NCBI RefSeq assembly: GCF_036365525.1
Contig: NW_027140453.1
Location: 1,488,001-1,552,000, forward strand
DNA: 64,000 nucleotides
Source: Heterodontus francisci
Lineage: Eukaryota
Direction: 5' to 3'
Made by a program: the position numbers and the translations under genes. Shown here one piece after another: positions 38,194 to 51,270 of this stretch. The notes beneath the pieces are model-generated. The model worked only from the letters and a program-made list of their open reading frames with translations. It had not been told where the DNA came from and did no database searches. How positions within the stretch are numbered: the stretch's first letter is position 1; the number at the start of each line of letters is the position of its first letter.

Positions 38194-38890
38194 GTGAGAA
38201 AGGAAGTGTCACTGAAAGTGGCAACGCAGGTGGAAAAGATAGTCAAGAAGGCATACGACATGCTTGCCTTCATCGGTCGGGGCATAGAGTATAAAAATTG
38301 GCAAGTCATGCTGCAGCTGTACAGAACCTTAGTTAGGCCACACTTAGATTATTGCTTGCAATTCTGGTCGCCACACTACCAGAAGGACGTGGAGGCTTTG
38401 GAGAGGGTACAGAGGAGGTTTACTAGGATGTTGCCTGATCTGGAGGGCATTAGCTATGAGGAGAGGTTGGATAAACTCGGATTGTTTTCACTGGAACGAC
38501 GGAGGTGGAGGGGCGACATGATAGAGGTTTACAAAGTTATAAGTGGCATGGACAGAGTGGATAGTCAGAAGCTTTTTCCCAGTGTGGAAGAGTCAGTTAC
38601 TAGGGGGACATAGGTTTAAGGTGAGAGGGGCAAAGTTTAGAGGGGATGTGCGAGGCAAGTTCTTTACGCAGAGGGTGGTGAGTGCCTGGAACTTGCTGTC
38701 AGGGGAGGTCGTGGAAGCAGGTACGATAGCGACGTTTAAGAGGCATCTTGACAAATATATGAATAGGAAGGGAATAGAGGGATATGGTCCCCGGAAGTGC
38801 AGAACGTTTTCATTTAGGCAGGCATCAAGATCGACGCAGGCTTGGAGGGCCGAATGGCCTGTTCCAGTGCTGTACTGTTCTTTGTTCTTT
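38194..38890 (+). mobile_element. Relatively intact CR1 LINE 3' end
   Basis: KAYDMLAFIGRG..RPHLDYCLQFWSP..RRWRGDMIEVYK..FFTQRVVSAWN, one frameshift. Confidence 0.9.
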
Positions 38891-41014
38891 GAAGATTGAG
38901 GCACATAGAGAGAGGAAGAGAGAGAGAGAGAGGAGCGTTTAAGGGAGAGACAGACAGACACAGAGACAGAGAGAGAGGGAGACAGGAAGAGACAGAGGGA
39001 GAACCTAAGAGAGAGAAATAGACAGAGAGAACATACGGGAGAGACAGTGAGAGTGGGAGGGACAGGAAGGGAGAGAGAGAGAGAGAGGAGAGGACAAGGG
39101 AGAGACAGAGTGACACAGAGACACAGACAGAGAGAGAAACACATAGACAAAAAGAGAGAAAGAGAGAGACAGAGAGAGAAAGAGAGAGAGAGAGAGAAGC
39201 GTTTAAGGGAGACAGAGAGAGAGCCCTACTCCCCTACTCTTTCCTCATCACCTTGCAAAATTTACCCTTTCATGTCTTAATCCAATTGTCCGCTTTTTCA
39301 GGCACTGATTTCCAGATGACAACAACGCTCTGAGTTTTAAAAAGAACTCATCCTTCCCTCTGGATCTTGTTAAATGCCATGAAATGTGTTTCCACTGACT
39401 CGAAATCCTTCCCAGGGCATTGTAGAAGAAATATTCCATGACTGACTCAATCTTTTTCCTTCCTTTTTTTCCCCTTCCAGATATCGGGAAAGTTGACGAA
39501 AAATTTCGATTAACTAAGCCGGGGCCAAAAACTCTGCAACACGGCACTCGTCACAACATATCCTGCAGAAATATGGGAAAGGAGGAGGAGGCTATTGGGT
39601 CATATCCCTATCATTGATATGTTGTCATTTTCTATTGGTTAGTAACAGTTTGGCAACTGGCAAAACCCATTAGATCTTTCAGAGGAATTGGATTACAACA
39701 TAATTAAAATTTATGTCTCAATTTCTATTCAATTCATTTAACCACTTGTCAGCTGGTTAGCTGAACTGGGTACGCTACTTTAACTAGTTGAGATGTCTCC
39801 TGTCCAGCTTTGACCCGTTTGCACACTGAGCTTTATTTCTTTAAGTTGAGCTTCTTCATGATGCACCCTTCTCTCTCTTGTGACATCAAGCAGGCTAATA
39901 AAAAGATCTGTGGAAATGATACGCTGTGGTTTTAACTCTGCTTTTCGCACCTTTACACAACATTTCACCAGGCATTGCAGTTCGCCAGCTCGCAGGAGAA
40001 AATACAAAACAGATACTGAGCTGAAAACAACATGAGAAACACACAGCAGGAACAGAGTCGAAAGGGGCTCCTGAGGATGGGAGGAAATAACACGGCGGGC
40101 ACATCAGCATTTTGCAGGAGTTTAGGATGGAGGGTTAATAGGGAGTGTTAATAAGTGATGCTGGGTGGGTGCCCAGCACAGCTTTTTGTATGACCGACTG
40201 GCTTGCCCAGTCATTTCAGAGTCAGCCACATTGTTGCAGGAATGGAGTCACCTTTTAGGCCAGGCCGGTTAAAGATGACAGATTTCCTTCTCTCAGTGAG
40301 AGATGGGTTTTTCAGGAAATCCAGTAGTTTTATGCTGACTATGACTGAGACCGGCTTTTTATCATTTTTTAAGTTCGTTCATAGGATGTGGGCGTCGCTG
40401 GCCAGGCAAGCATTTATTGCCCATCTCGAATTGCCCTTGAGAAGGTGGTGGTGAGCTGCCTTCTTGAACCACTGCAGTCCACGTGGGGTAGTTACATCCA
40501 CAGTGCTGTTAGGAAGGGAGTTCCAGGATTTTGACCCTGCGACAGTGAAGGAACGGCGATATAGTTCCAAGTCAGGATGGTGTGTGACTTGGAGGGGAGC
40601 TTGCAGGTGGTGGTGTTCCGATGCATCTGCTGCCCTTGTCATTCTAGTTGGTAGAGGTCGCGAGTTTGGAAGGTGCTGTCTGAGGAGTCTTTGTGCATTG
40701 CTACAGTGCATCTTCTAGATGGTACACACTGCTGCCACTGTGTGTCGGTGGTGGAGGGAGTGAATGTTTATCTAACTAAGTGAACTTACATTATCCACCT
40801 TGCTGGGATTCGAATTCACGTCACCAAGTTATTAGCCCAGGCCTTTAGATTACTAGCCCAGTAACGTAACACTTTGCTACCTTACACTTGAACCTTCTTT
40901 TGAGCCTCAGCCCTAGGAGTGGAAAATGCAAATGTGGGCGTGTTTCTACGTGTGATTCACTCACTGTTAAATCCACACACCAGCCTGTTTTTCTTTCTTA
41001 AGCTGTTTAAACGT

Positions 41015-41062
41015 TTGCAGCTGCACTCTGATAACCGCACATCCTGACTACGTGTTTCCTGT
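41015..41062. promoter_or_regulatory. Candidate T-cell enhancer core (E-box/GATA/RUNX/ETS cluster)
   Basis: CAGCTG 41018, TGATAA 41029, AACCGCA 41033, CATCCTG 41040, TTTCCT 41055. Confidence 0.45.
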
Positions 41063-42746
41063 CTCTGTGTCTCTCTGTATAATTCGATTCTGCTGCTGTG
41101 TTGTTCTGACAAAGTCTTTCCACAAAAACACATGGAAAGAAAGCAGTACAGTGGAATTTGCAGGTAGTTAGGGCGACGAATTGAATTAACAGGGGAGATA
41201 GGAGGAGTTGCACTAGCTGGGTTGATCTTGCAGAGAGCTGGAATTGATTCGATGGGTCAAATGGCCTCCTTCTGTACTGTAACCCATCTCTGATTCGTTG
41301 ATAGATTCCCTGTAGTCGGAGAATCTGAAAATATATTTGATCAGTCAATCAAGTGTGAAGGAAATGCAACACCCAACATGTTTACATTGCTGACTCTTTA
41401 TTCCCTCAGGTATAGAAGATTAAACGGTGATCTGACTGAGGTGTTTAAAATGATTGAATGTGTTGATAGGCTAGATAGAGATAAACTGCTTTCTCTTGTT
41501 GGGGGCGGGGCACGGGGGCAGAACAAGGTGGTCTAAACCCAAACATCGAGCCAGGCTATTCAGGAGTGATGTCAGGAAGCATTTCTTCACACAAAAGGGC
41601 GGGGGAATCTGTTTCCTGTGTGCAGATTAGTGTTTGTAAGGTCAATACAATTTTGCACGAACGGTGTGGTAGTGATTCCTTTGGAAGAACAACACTTTAT
41701 CTTTAAGACAAGCAGTTAAACTATAAATGCATGTGCCAGAGTAGCATTTACCCCCACATCACGGTATTGTTTTTCATTACACCTCTGTTCATTNNNNNNN
41801 NNNNNNNNNNNNNNNNNNNNNNNNNNNNNNNNNNNNNNNNNNNNNNNNNNNNNNNNNNNNNNNNNNNNNNNNNNNNNNNNNNNNNNNNNNNNNNNNNNNN
41901 NNNNNNNNNNNNNNNNNNNNNNNNNNNNNNNNNNNNNNNNNNNNNNNNNNNNNNNNNNNATCTGTCTGTCTTTGCCTATCTAATTATCTGTCTGTCGACC
42001 GATTTCACTCTCTATATAGAATCTCTATCCATCAATATTTATCTACAAATCTATCTGTTGTTCCCTCCGTCCATCTCTTTCTCAATGACATCTATAGAAC
42101 TCCCAATTCATTTCTTTCACACTCTCTATCTATTTATTTATCTATCTGCTGAGCCATCGCTCTATCGATCTATCTGTCTATCTCTCTATCAATCTGTCTA
42201 TCTATTTCTCTACCTATTGCTCTCTCCATCCATCACTTCCTTTCTTTATATCCAACTATCTCCCCATCCATTTATTCCAACAGTTCATCTATCTATTTGT
42301 TGATAACTTTATTTAACTAACTATATAACCATCACTCTGTCTAGCTATTGTTCTCCCTATCCATCTATTTCTTTATATCCATCTATCTCTTCATCTCCAT
42401 CTCTCTCCCTGTATCTCCCTCTCTATCTATTGATGCCTCTATCTATTGATCTCTCTATCCATACATATCTCTTATATGTCTATATGATCTGATATGATAC
42501 GCCTATATATGTCTATAGAGATCGATCATTCTATCCAACTCTCTATCTCTCTATTAGTATCTATCTATCTACCACTTTATCAATTGATGTCTCCATACAA
42601 CTCTCTTTATATCTATCAATAGCTTTCTATATTTATATCTATCTATCAATCCCTTTCTACCTTTCAGTCAATCCTTGTCTATCTATCCATCTATCTATCT
42701 ATTTTTCTGTCCACCAGATTGACATTGGACTCTCATTGACAGGACC

Positions 42747-42780
42747 TGCATATAAGATCACAGACAGCAGGTGGCAGCAG
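42747..42780 (+). promoter_or_regulatory. Single CTCF-like site
   Basis: ACAGCAGGTGGCAGC at 42764 with TGCA 17 bp upstream. Confidence 0.55.
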
Positions 42781-43334
42781 AGATCAACATTTCATCCAAT
42801 TCCATCATCCTGAGCTCCAGTGAGAAAGAATGGATGGATGAAGGACAGAGGGCTGGAAAAAAAAAGTTTGTTTGGGTGAAAAAGTGGGAAAAAAGAGATT
42901 GAAAGAACGTGACGAGAAGAGAGAGAAGAACTGCAAGAGAAATCCAAGGAAGGAGAAGAGTTTAGGAAAAAGGGGGTGGGAAGGAATGAGAAAGTAGAGA
43001 AAGAAAAAGAGAAAGGAAAGAAAATGGATCGAAGAAATCAGAAGAAGAAAGAAAAACAAAGAGGGAGAAAGAAAATAAACAATGAAGGAGAGGAGTGGAT
43101 TGAAAGAATGAAAAAAAGATAGAAAATTGGTCGACACAATGATAGAAAGTTTGATTGGATGAAATAAAAACAATTGATAGAAGGAAAGAATTAAAGAAAT
43201 GAAAAAAAATGATTGGAGAAAGAAAAATAATTCAAATTAGGAACTGAAGAATGAAAGCATAATTAAATGAATGAAATAAAAATGCTGAAGAAGGAAATTC
43301 AACTGCAGTAGGCATCACAGACTTTGCTGCACTG

Positions 43335-43625
43335 ACCCAGCAGCCACATTTCCTCTGCATGGAGGGGGCTGGTGCACGGGGTCCAGAGACAGCGTCTCAC
43401 CCAGGAGGAAATGAGACAAACATGGGCTCAATCTGCCAGCCTCTGAGCGGAGAGCACAGCAACAATAACAGGTGGCACTTTCCGTTAAACCACAGGGTGA
43501 AACTCGGGCGCAATGACCTACTTTACAAACCGTGCAGCGCGCCTGCATGCAGAAAGCTGAGCTGCACCATTTGAAAGTTCACATCCCACGGCCTCCGTTT
43601 GATATCTTTCCGTGCAGCTGCACAA
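43335..43625. promoter_or_regulatory. Candidate TCR-beta enhancer island
   Basis: Unique-sequence island between simple repeats with GCCACATTTCCT (RUNX-like/ETS), AGGAAAT, CAGGTG, AACCACA, CAGCTG. Confidence 0.45.
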
Positions 43626-46600
43626 TGTTATTTTCAAGCTCCAATCTTGTTTTGAGTTAATATTTTCTGGAGGAAATGACACTGCAACCGAATTTTAAAG
43701 TCAAAGCACATTATCGCTCCCATTCACTCAACAGACAATCGCTTTAACAAGCAAAATGTTTACCCCCATACAGTATGTAAGATTTCAGTGAACGTTTGGC
43801 CGACTCTGCTCTGTCTCATTGATATTTTCCAGTGTTACTGCTGACATTTTTGCATTTAGGGTTTTTTTTTTATATGGAGAATTGGAATGGGGAGTGAGCA
43901 AGTACTGGGAAAAAAGGGGAAGGGATGTGATTCGACACCAGATTGTGTGTGTGAGAGAAAGAGCTAGGGAGAGCTGGGGAGAGAGACAAAGAGAGAGAGA
44001 GGGTGAGGGGAAGAGGGGGCAAGGGAGCGAGAGAGAGAGATAAACAAACAGAGGGGGCAAGATATGGAGAGAGAGAAAGACAGAGGGAAAGAGAGGGGAA
44101 GGGATGGAGAGAGAGAAAGACAGAGGGAAAGAGAAGGGAAGCGATGGAGAGAGAGAAAGACAGAGGGAAAGAGAGAGGAAAGGATGGAGAGAGGCAAATA
44201 GACAGACAGGATAGAATATGGAGAGAAAGACAGGCAGTGAGAGAGAGTGAAAGAGTTACAGAGAGACAAAAAGGCAGACAATGAAAAATACTGAGGAGTC
44301 AGCAACTTGGAAAACGGTAAGCGAGGTGATAGAGAGAGAGGGGGAGGGGAGAGAGAGAGAGAAACATGGTGAGTGATGGGGAATTAAGCAGGCAGCGCAC
44401 AGAAAGAGGAAGGAATGAGATAGAAAGGAAAAGAGGTAGGGGAATGGCTGTATAAGAGATACAGAGAGAAAGAAGGGATAAATGAATGATGCAGGGAGAG
44501 AAAAATAGAAAGAGAGAGGGAGAATGATAGTGAGGAATAGAAAAGGAGAGAAAGAAGTAGGGCATAGAGAAAAGGCAGGGGACGTATCGAGACAGAGAAC
44601 TGGTGAGATAGAGAGACCAGAAGCTAGAATAGTGGGTAGATAGAGCTGACAAAAAAGAGTTTCCGATTACCAAAAATGCAACGCTTGTAGCCTTCTAAAG
44701 CTGGTTTAAAGATTGACTCGATATCTACGTACATCAATCAGCCTGATAATAAAGGTATCTTTCAATGTCTGTAGCCAGTGAGAAAGTGTTCATATTCCTG
44801 AGATGCAGGTCAGTGTGCAGTGTTAGACATCAGGAAAGAATGAACAGGCTGGGGATCTTTTCTGTAGAAAGGAGAAAGCTGAGGGGTGACCTGATAGACG
44901 TCTTTAGGCTTACGAAGGGGTTTGATAGGGGAAATGGGGCCATAAATATAAGACACATCACTATTGAATCCAATCAGGAGAGACTTCTTTACCCAGAGAG
45001 TGGTGGGAATGTGGAACTCGCTACCACTTTAAGAAGAATAGCATCGATCCCTTTAAGGGGAAGTTGGGAAAGCACTTGAAAGAGAAAGGAATGGAAGGAG
45101 ATGTTGCTGGGGTGAGATGAAGAGTGGGTGGGAGGAGGCTCATGTGGAGCTGAAACACTGGCATGGACCAGACGGGCTGAATGGCCTGTTTCTGTGCTGA
45201 AATCTCTATGGAGCTGGAGTGCAGTTCAGACAAGGTCTCACTGAATGGCAGAACAGATGCGAGGATCAAAATGGCCCCCCTCCTGTTCCTAGGTTTCTAT
45301 GTATACAGCCTGGGTCTGGTGCAGTTCAACACAGAGGTGACTGGCTCGATCCCTCCCCGACTGTATCGCTCAGTAACCCCATAGGGCAGAAGAGAGACAG
45401 CAGCCACCTGGCATTACCCATCTCCCACGTGGACAATCCCTTGGCGACTGTGAGCGCCATTGCCCGCTCAGAGCAAACCATTTACAAAGGAAGGGTGCAG
45501 CGCCCTGGGTTCCAAAGCCGGGGATGAAATTGCCCAAATCCAGAACAGTCTGGAAAAGCACTCATCGGTGAAATTGTTTGGAAGGACAGCATTGTGGTAG
45601 GAATGGGCTGGGCTCATAATCCCAAGATATGAGTTCAAATCCCATCATGGTAGCTGGGGAATTTCAATTCAGCTAATTAGCTCAAAATGTGCAATAAATA
45701 GCTAACATCAGCAATGGCGACCTTGAAACTGCGAGAGATTTGTTTCAAACTCCACCTGGTTAACTCATGTTCTTTAGGGACGGAAATCTGCAGCCGTTAC
45801 CCGGCCTGGCCTACATGCAACTCCAGACCCACAGCAATGTGGTTGACTCATAACCGCTCTCTGAAATGGCCTAGAAAGACATTCATTTGTGTTCAGGAAA
45901 GTAGTTCATCGCCACCTTCTCAGTGGCTGTCAGGGATGGGTTACACATAGCAACAGGGAAACAGGAGACTATTTAGCCCACTCGAAGCTGCCACGTAGAG
46001 CGAGGAAGCGATTCTGCCCTCTCACGCCTGTTGCATAGAATTGGGTGGAGGAGGTCATTCAAACCAGGAGAGCCTGTTGCATTGCAACAGGAGGAGTCCA
46101 ATTCAGCCCCTCGAGCCTATTACATAGGCATAGTGTGAGGAGTCCATTAAACCCCGGCACATGTTCCGCCATTCAATTAGATCATGGAAGATCTGCACAC
46201 CAACCCTATTTCCCCATCTTTGCTCAATATCCCTTGATCCCGTTACCCAATAAAATTCATCTAATGTCTACCTGCATATTTTAATGTTGTTTGGAAATGT
46301 TGTGCCAAGCGCGTGGGGTAAAACTGAAATAATAGTGGAGAGAAACGGTTTTCTTTGTCGAAATATTCTATTTATTTCTTAACCAGTGAACAAGAAAAGA
46401 AAAAAAATGTAGAAGATCACAAGCGAGCTGTCGATACTGGATCCACTGAGAACCCCACGACAAATAATGGACAATTATGAGCGCATTTTCCATCTGCAAT
46501 CGATGAGGTGTCTGATACAAATAGTAATAACATTTCTGCATTAACAGAAAAGGGAAAAAAGACATTAATAGTTGCACCAAACAGAACTTGAAGTTACAAT

Positions 46601-47150
46601 TTGTTTACTACTGCTTAATATTATACACAGCTTTACGAGAATTGCACGGAATGAGGGACTTAAGTTTCATGGAGAGATCAGCAAAGCTGGAATTGATCGC
46701 CTTGGCATTAACAACTGGCTTTTTCAAAGAGCTAGCACTTGCACGATGGGCCAAGTGGCCTCCTTTCGTCCTGTAAGGTTGTCTGTTTCTTTATAACGTT
46801 TCAAACAACACAGAATAATAATTAATAAACAGACAAAATAAACTGGAAAAAAAGTTTGCACGTTTCTCAAAGCTTCACCTCCTGAGACAACAGGAATTTA
46901 ATACATTGACGAGAATATGAAAGGACTTATTCTAGTGGAAAAGACAGACTGGGGCTTAAAATTTCCTCTGTTCGTTTCCCGCAGTGGTGATGGGTATTTA
47001 GGGTTGTCCGCCAAAGTTACGCGGGTACAGCGGGAGTGGTTTAGACGAAATTCACCCCCGAGATATTCACAATAATCGTATTTTCTCTCCCCTTGCTCCC
47101 TCGTGTGTTCTGCTGCTTATCCATCTTTTGAGTTCATTAATTTGCGACGA

Positions 47151-50100
47151 TCAGTCAAACCTTTTGCTGTAAGACGTCTGGTATATGATAAAAAAAAAGA
47201 GGGCGTTATTACCGTCATGGAATTATGGACTGATACAGAACAGAAGGAGGCCATTCGTCCCGCGTGCCTATACTGGCATTTTGAAAGAGCTGTCCAATTA
47301 GTCCCATTTCACAGTTCTTTCCCCTATAGCCCTGAGACTATTCCTTCCCCCACTACCTCCACCCCCTCAAACAAGTATTCATCCAATTCCCTCTTGAAAG
47401 TTGCTACTAAATCAGCTTCCACCGCCCTTTCAGCCAGTGCATTCTCAACCACAACAACTCGCTGGCTCAAAATATATTTCTCACCTGCCCCTCTGCTCCC
47501 TTGGCTAATCACCTTACAGCTGTGTCCTTGGTTGGGCAATCCTGCTGCCTCTTTGAAGCTGTTACCCCATTCGTTGTCCTATCCAAACCATTCATCATTG
47601 TGCACACCTCTATTAAATCTCTCCTTAACCTTCCCTGATCCAAGGAGAACAATCCCAACTTCCGTATTCTCCTCACATCACTGAGGTCCCTCAACACTGT
47701 TACCGTTCAAGTAAATCGCCCCTTCACCCTCTCCAATGACTCGACATCACTGTCCTGACCAGATCATCATGTGCATGAATAATCGAGACGAACCATGCAC
47801 ATGCTCTTTCCTGCTCATGCATTCCTAAGCTTGCATATAAAGTCTTGTAAAATCACAATAAGTTCAATTATTTTCCAAGGGAAATTCCAGAACATTGACA
47901 ATTGTGTTCAACTGGATTAAATTGGTTGGTTAGTGTTGTGGGCGCAGGAATGAATGGAAAGTGAATTGGTGTATTCCATCTGCGTGCAATAGGAATGCAA
48001 AACTAGGGCTCGTGAATATCGGATAGTCACTCGTAATTTCAGTCTGGAATTCAGGAGAAACTTCTTTACCCAGTTTCACCATGACAATACCTATGTTAAG
48101 AACTTCAGTAAGTTTAATCTTACCTTAGTTTTCCAAGCAATTGTTGAGATGAAAATTGTATAAAAGATGCTTTTGCAGATGAGGATCAGGTATGTCAGTT
48201 TTGCTGTTGCCATGCTTTGGATTTTCGCCTCTGTAAAATAAATGTAACAGAAAATGATGCAATCTCTGTTCTCACAAGGCAAGAAATGCTACTGCGTGAA
48301 AATGTAATGTGTGTCAGTAAAGGAGCCCAATGTAAGGGTCGAGCTGCGAAAGCAGAACTGATCTCCCTTTGACGCAAGGAGCCCTGGGGTATTCCTAACT
48401 ACAAATGGAGTTCAGCAATATGGCCGATCTGAATTGGGGCCGCTGTAACTTCTGTGTCAGCTATGGCTCACGTATGTATCAGCTCCAGCTGAGTGGGTAA
48501 CGCTCTCCTGTCTGAGTCGTACGATTGTGGGTTCATGCCCCAGTCCAAAGACATGAACCCCATAATCCAGACTGACTCTCCCAGTGCCAGTAGACAGCGT
48601 GTGTGCTGCACTGCAACTTTGGAGGAACCTTCTTTGAGATGATGTGTTAAACTAATTTAACCTCTGGGAAGTGGAACTGTCCCTCTTATCTCCACGCCAG
48701 ATTCACACTATCAACTCCCAAGGAATTGTAAGTTTTAAGACAGGTGTACACAGCTCCCTCCCCTCCCATCCCCAGGCGTCCCCTCTCCCTCATCACAGGG
48801 CAACATATTTCCCTGAGGTCGTGAACCCAAGAGGACCGTGAGGTTATATCATTCGACTAGGCTGGTCTCGAAATTCCAACGGCCTTTCCCTCCCAGAGGA
48901 GTTTTCTCATAAACACGTTGTGCATGATAGTATGTATAACTGTAAAACTACAGCTTGGAAATGTTGAAATGAGTATATACATGAAATGTCTGACACAGTA
49001 ATAATTCCAGAATTATTGGTGAATATTTTTTGAGTCATGGAGTCATTACAGCACAGAAAGAGGTCATTCGGCCCATCGAGTCCATGCAGGATCTCTACAG
49101 AGCAATCCAATCAGTCCAGCTCTCCCCTTCCATCTCCATTGCCCTGCAAGTTAATTACCCTCAACAGTCCGTCCAGTTTCCTTATGAAATCATTCATTAT
49201 CTCCATTTCCACCACCCTCGTAGACAGTGACTTCCAGGTCATTACCACTCGCTGCATAAAACACTTCTGCCTCACATCCCCCCCCCCAGTGCATCTTTTT
49301 CCCAAAGCCTGAAAACTGTGACCCCCCCCCCCCCAGTCCTTATGCCAGCAACTCATGGGGACAACTTTTCTTTGTCTACCTATTGTAAACCTGTCATAAT
49401 CTTGTACAACTCTGTCAAATAGCCCCTCAATCTCCTTTTCTCCAAGGAGAACAACCCAGGTTCTCCAATGTAACTTTGTAGCTAAAATTCCTCATCTCTG
49501 GAACCATTGTGGTAAATCTCCTCTGCACCCTCTCAAGGACCCTCACCTCCTTTACAAAGTGTGGAGACCAGATACAGATAGAAGCAGATAGATATTCACC
49601 TTTACTTATACCGCACATTTCTGGGAAAAGAAAGAGAAATCAATAAACATTCAGCATCAGAATATTTTATGAAATCACTGTGTAAATGTAGATTATCACA
49701 ATTGAGTCCCGCACTGTAGTCTAATATATTGAGAGTCATTTTAATCGAGTGTTTAACCATATCTTCCCCTTTACACTACAATATTGTTCTATTTCATGAA
49801 TTATTTAATTATTTATTGACTTACTGACACATCTACTTGCTTATTCGTACTTTCATAAGAGCACAGGTGCTATATAAATGCAACTTTCTGATTTCTTTGA
49901 ATCTGAAATAAAATGGTATTGGTCTCACTAGTGTGCCTACCTGCTTTGACAGCTAATGTTGAACTGCTTGTTGCAGGCACTGATTCGTTAGTGTAGAGAT
50001 CTACTCTGCACTCAACGTTCTTGGACCGAGCCCAATCTAGGGCGTCGAATCTCAGCCGGCTGCTGATGCTGTAAGATGTATTTTCTTTTGATAGGATGGC

Positions 50101-50291
50101 ATTGAGATCAGTATGAATGTTCGTGTCATTGGCATCTTTCTCCTTGCCATCGACAAGCCAGTGGATCTTGATGTTGTCGGGGTAGAAGTCGCTTACGAGG
50201 CAGACCACAGTGGCTTTTTTCTTTTCTCTAATCTCTTCGGGAGAGGGCTCAAAGACAGTAACTTTGGCAGGCCTAATCGTATCGTTTTCGC
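47151..50291 (-). CDS. TRBC: T-cell receptor beta constant region, functional: EX1 49941-50291, EX2 49600-49620, EX3 48124-48230, EX4 47151-47177
   Basis: EX1 GENDTIRPAKVTVFEPSPEEIREKKKATVVCLVSDFYPD..W..YSISSRLR..VECRV; EX2 EMCGISK (hinge Cys); EX3 EAKIQSMATAKLTYLILICKSIFYTIFISTIAWKTK (TM Lys); EX4 TSYSKRFD*. All splice sites are canonical and in phase. Confidence 0.96.
48455..48655 (+). mobile_element. Degenerate DeuSINE copy in a TRBC intron
   Basis: tRNA-like head (GGGTTCATGCCC) followed by ..CCAGTG..GTGCTGCACTG..GATGTGTTAAAC. Confidence 0.55.
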
Positions 50292-50689
50292 CTGCAGGAA
50301 AATTAAATGGAGAGAATATGGATGAGTATGAAACCCGTCTTGAGAATTTTAAACCACCAAACAATATCAACCTTTCAATTCTAGCCAGAGCAGTTAATTT
50401 TGTGCCAACTCCAGAATAAACCTCTCTGTTTCCCGAACACCGATCAGTCATAAAACGTAGAATCAGTTTGCAACCTCGACCTGCTTTTGTACATTTTAAC
50501 CCAAAGTGGCAGAAACTGATCATCTGAACCTCTTCGTCATTGAGTGAAGTACAAGTCTGTCTCATTATGAAAGAGGTTCTCCTGTCTATCTGAAAAGTGT
50601 TATCCTGAACTCTGGGCCAGCCTGTTCTCAATAACCAGGCTATCACTCACCTTGTCCCATTATCTAGAGCCCTTTCCTATCAGGGAGGT

Positions 50690-51270
50690 TATGGGGAACA
50701 TTTCTAAAGCTCTGGTTAGGCCACAACTAGAGTTTTGCAGCCAGTTCTGATCACCACATTTGAGGAAGGTAGTGAGTGTCCTTGAGAGGGTGCAGAGGAT
50801 ATTTAACAGAATGGTTCCAGGGATGAAGGATTTTAGCTACAAGGTTAGGTTGGAGAAGCTGGGATTGTTCTGCTTGGAGCAAAGGAGATTGAGGGGAGAT
50901 TTGATGGCAGCGTACAAGATTATGACGGATTTAGATAAGGTAGACAAAGAAAAGCTTCACCCATTAGTTGTTGGTACAAGGACCAGGAGAGACAGATTTC
51001 TGGTGCTGTGCAACAGATGCAGGGGGATGTGAGGAGGGACACTTTTATGCCACGTGTGGTAATGACCTGGAACTCGCTGCCCACAAGGGTGGTGGAAGCG
51101 GAGACAATGAATGATTTCAGAAGGAAATTGGATGGACACTTGAGGCAAATTAACTTGCAGTGCCACAGGGATAGAGCGGGGTAGTGGGACTGATTGGATT
51201 GCCAGACAGAGAGCTGGCATGGACTCGATGGGCGGAATGGCCCCCCTGTGTGCTGCATTATGATTCTAAT
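50690..51270 (+). mobile_element. CR1 LINE 3' fragment (further CR1 tails near 47.2-47.7, 49.0-49.6, 51.3-52.1, 56.1-56.6, 60.7-61.3 kb)
   Basis: LERVQRIFNRMVPG..EQRRLRGDL. Confidence 0.85.

Larger units (their letters stand above)
33528..39513 (+). pseudogene. TRBC: Second, divergent TRBC pseudogene: EX1 33528-33865, EX2 36929-36946, EX3 37112-37221, EX4 39481-39513
   Basis: EX1 [44 protein letters not shown] has two +1 frameshifts (~33666-33670, ~33743). EX2 GL*EGN has the hinge Cys replaced by TGA. EX3 has the TM motif TYTLLISKSFLY; EX4 is ISGKLTKNFD*; AATAAA at ~39897. Splice sites are intact. Confidence 0.9.
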
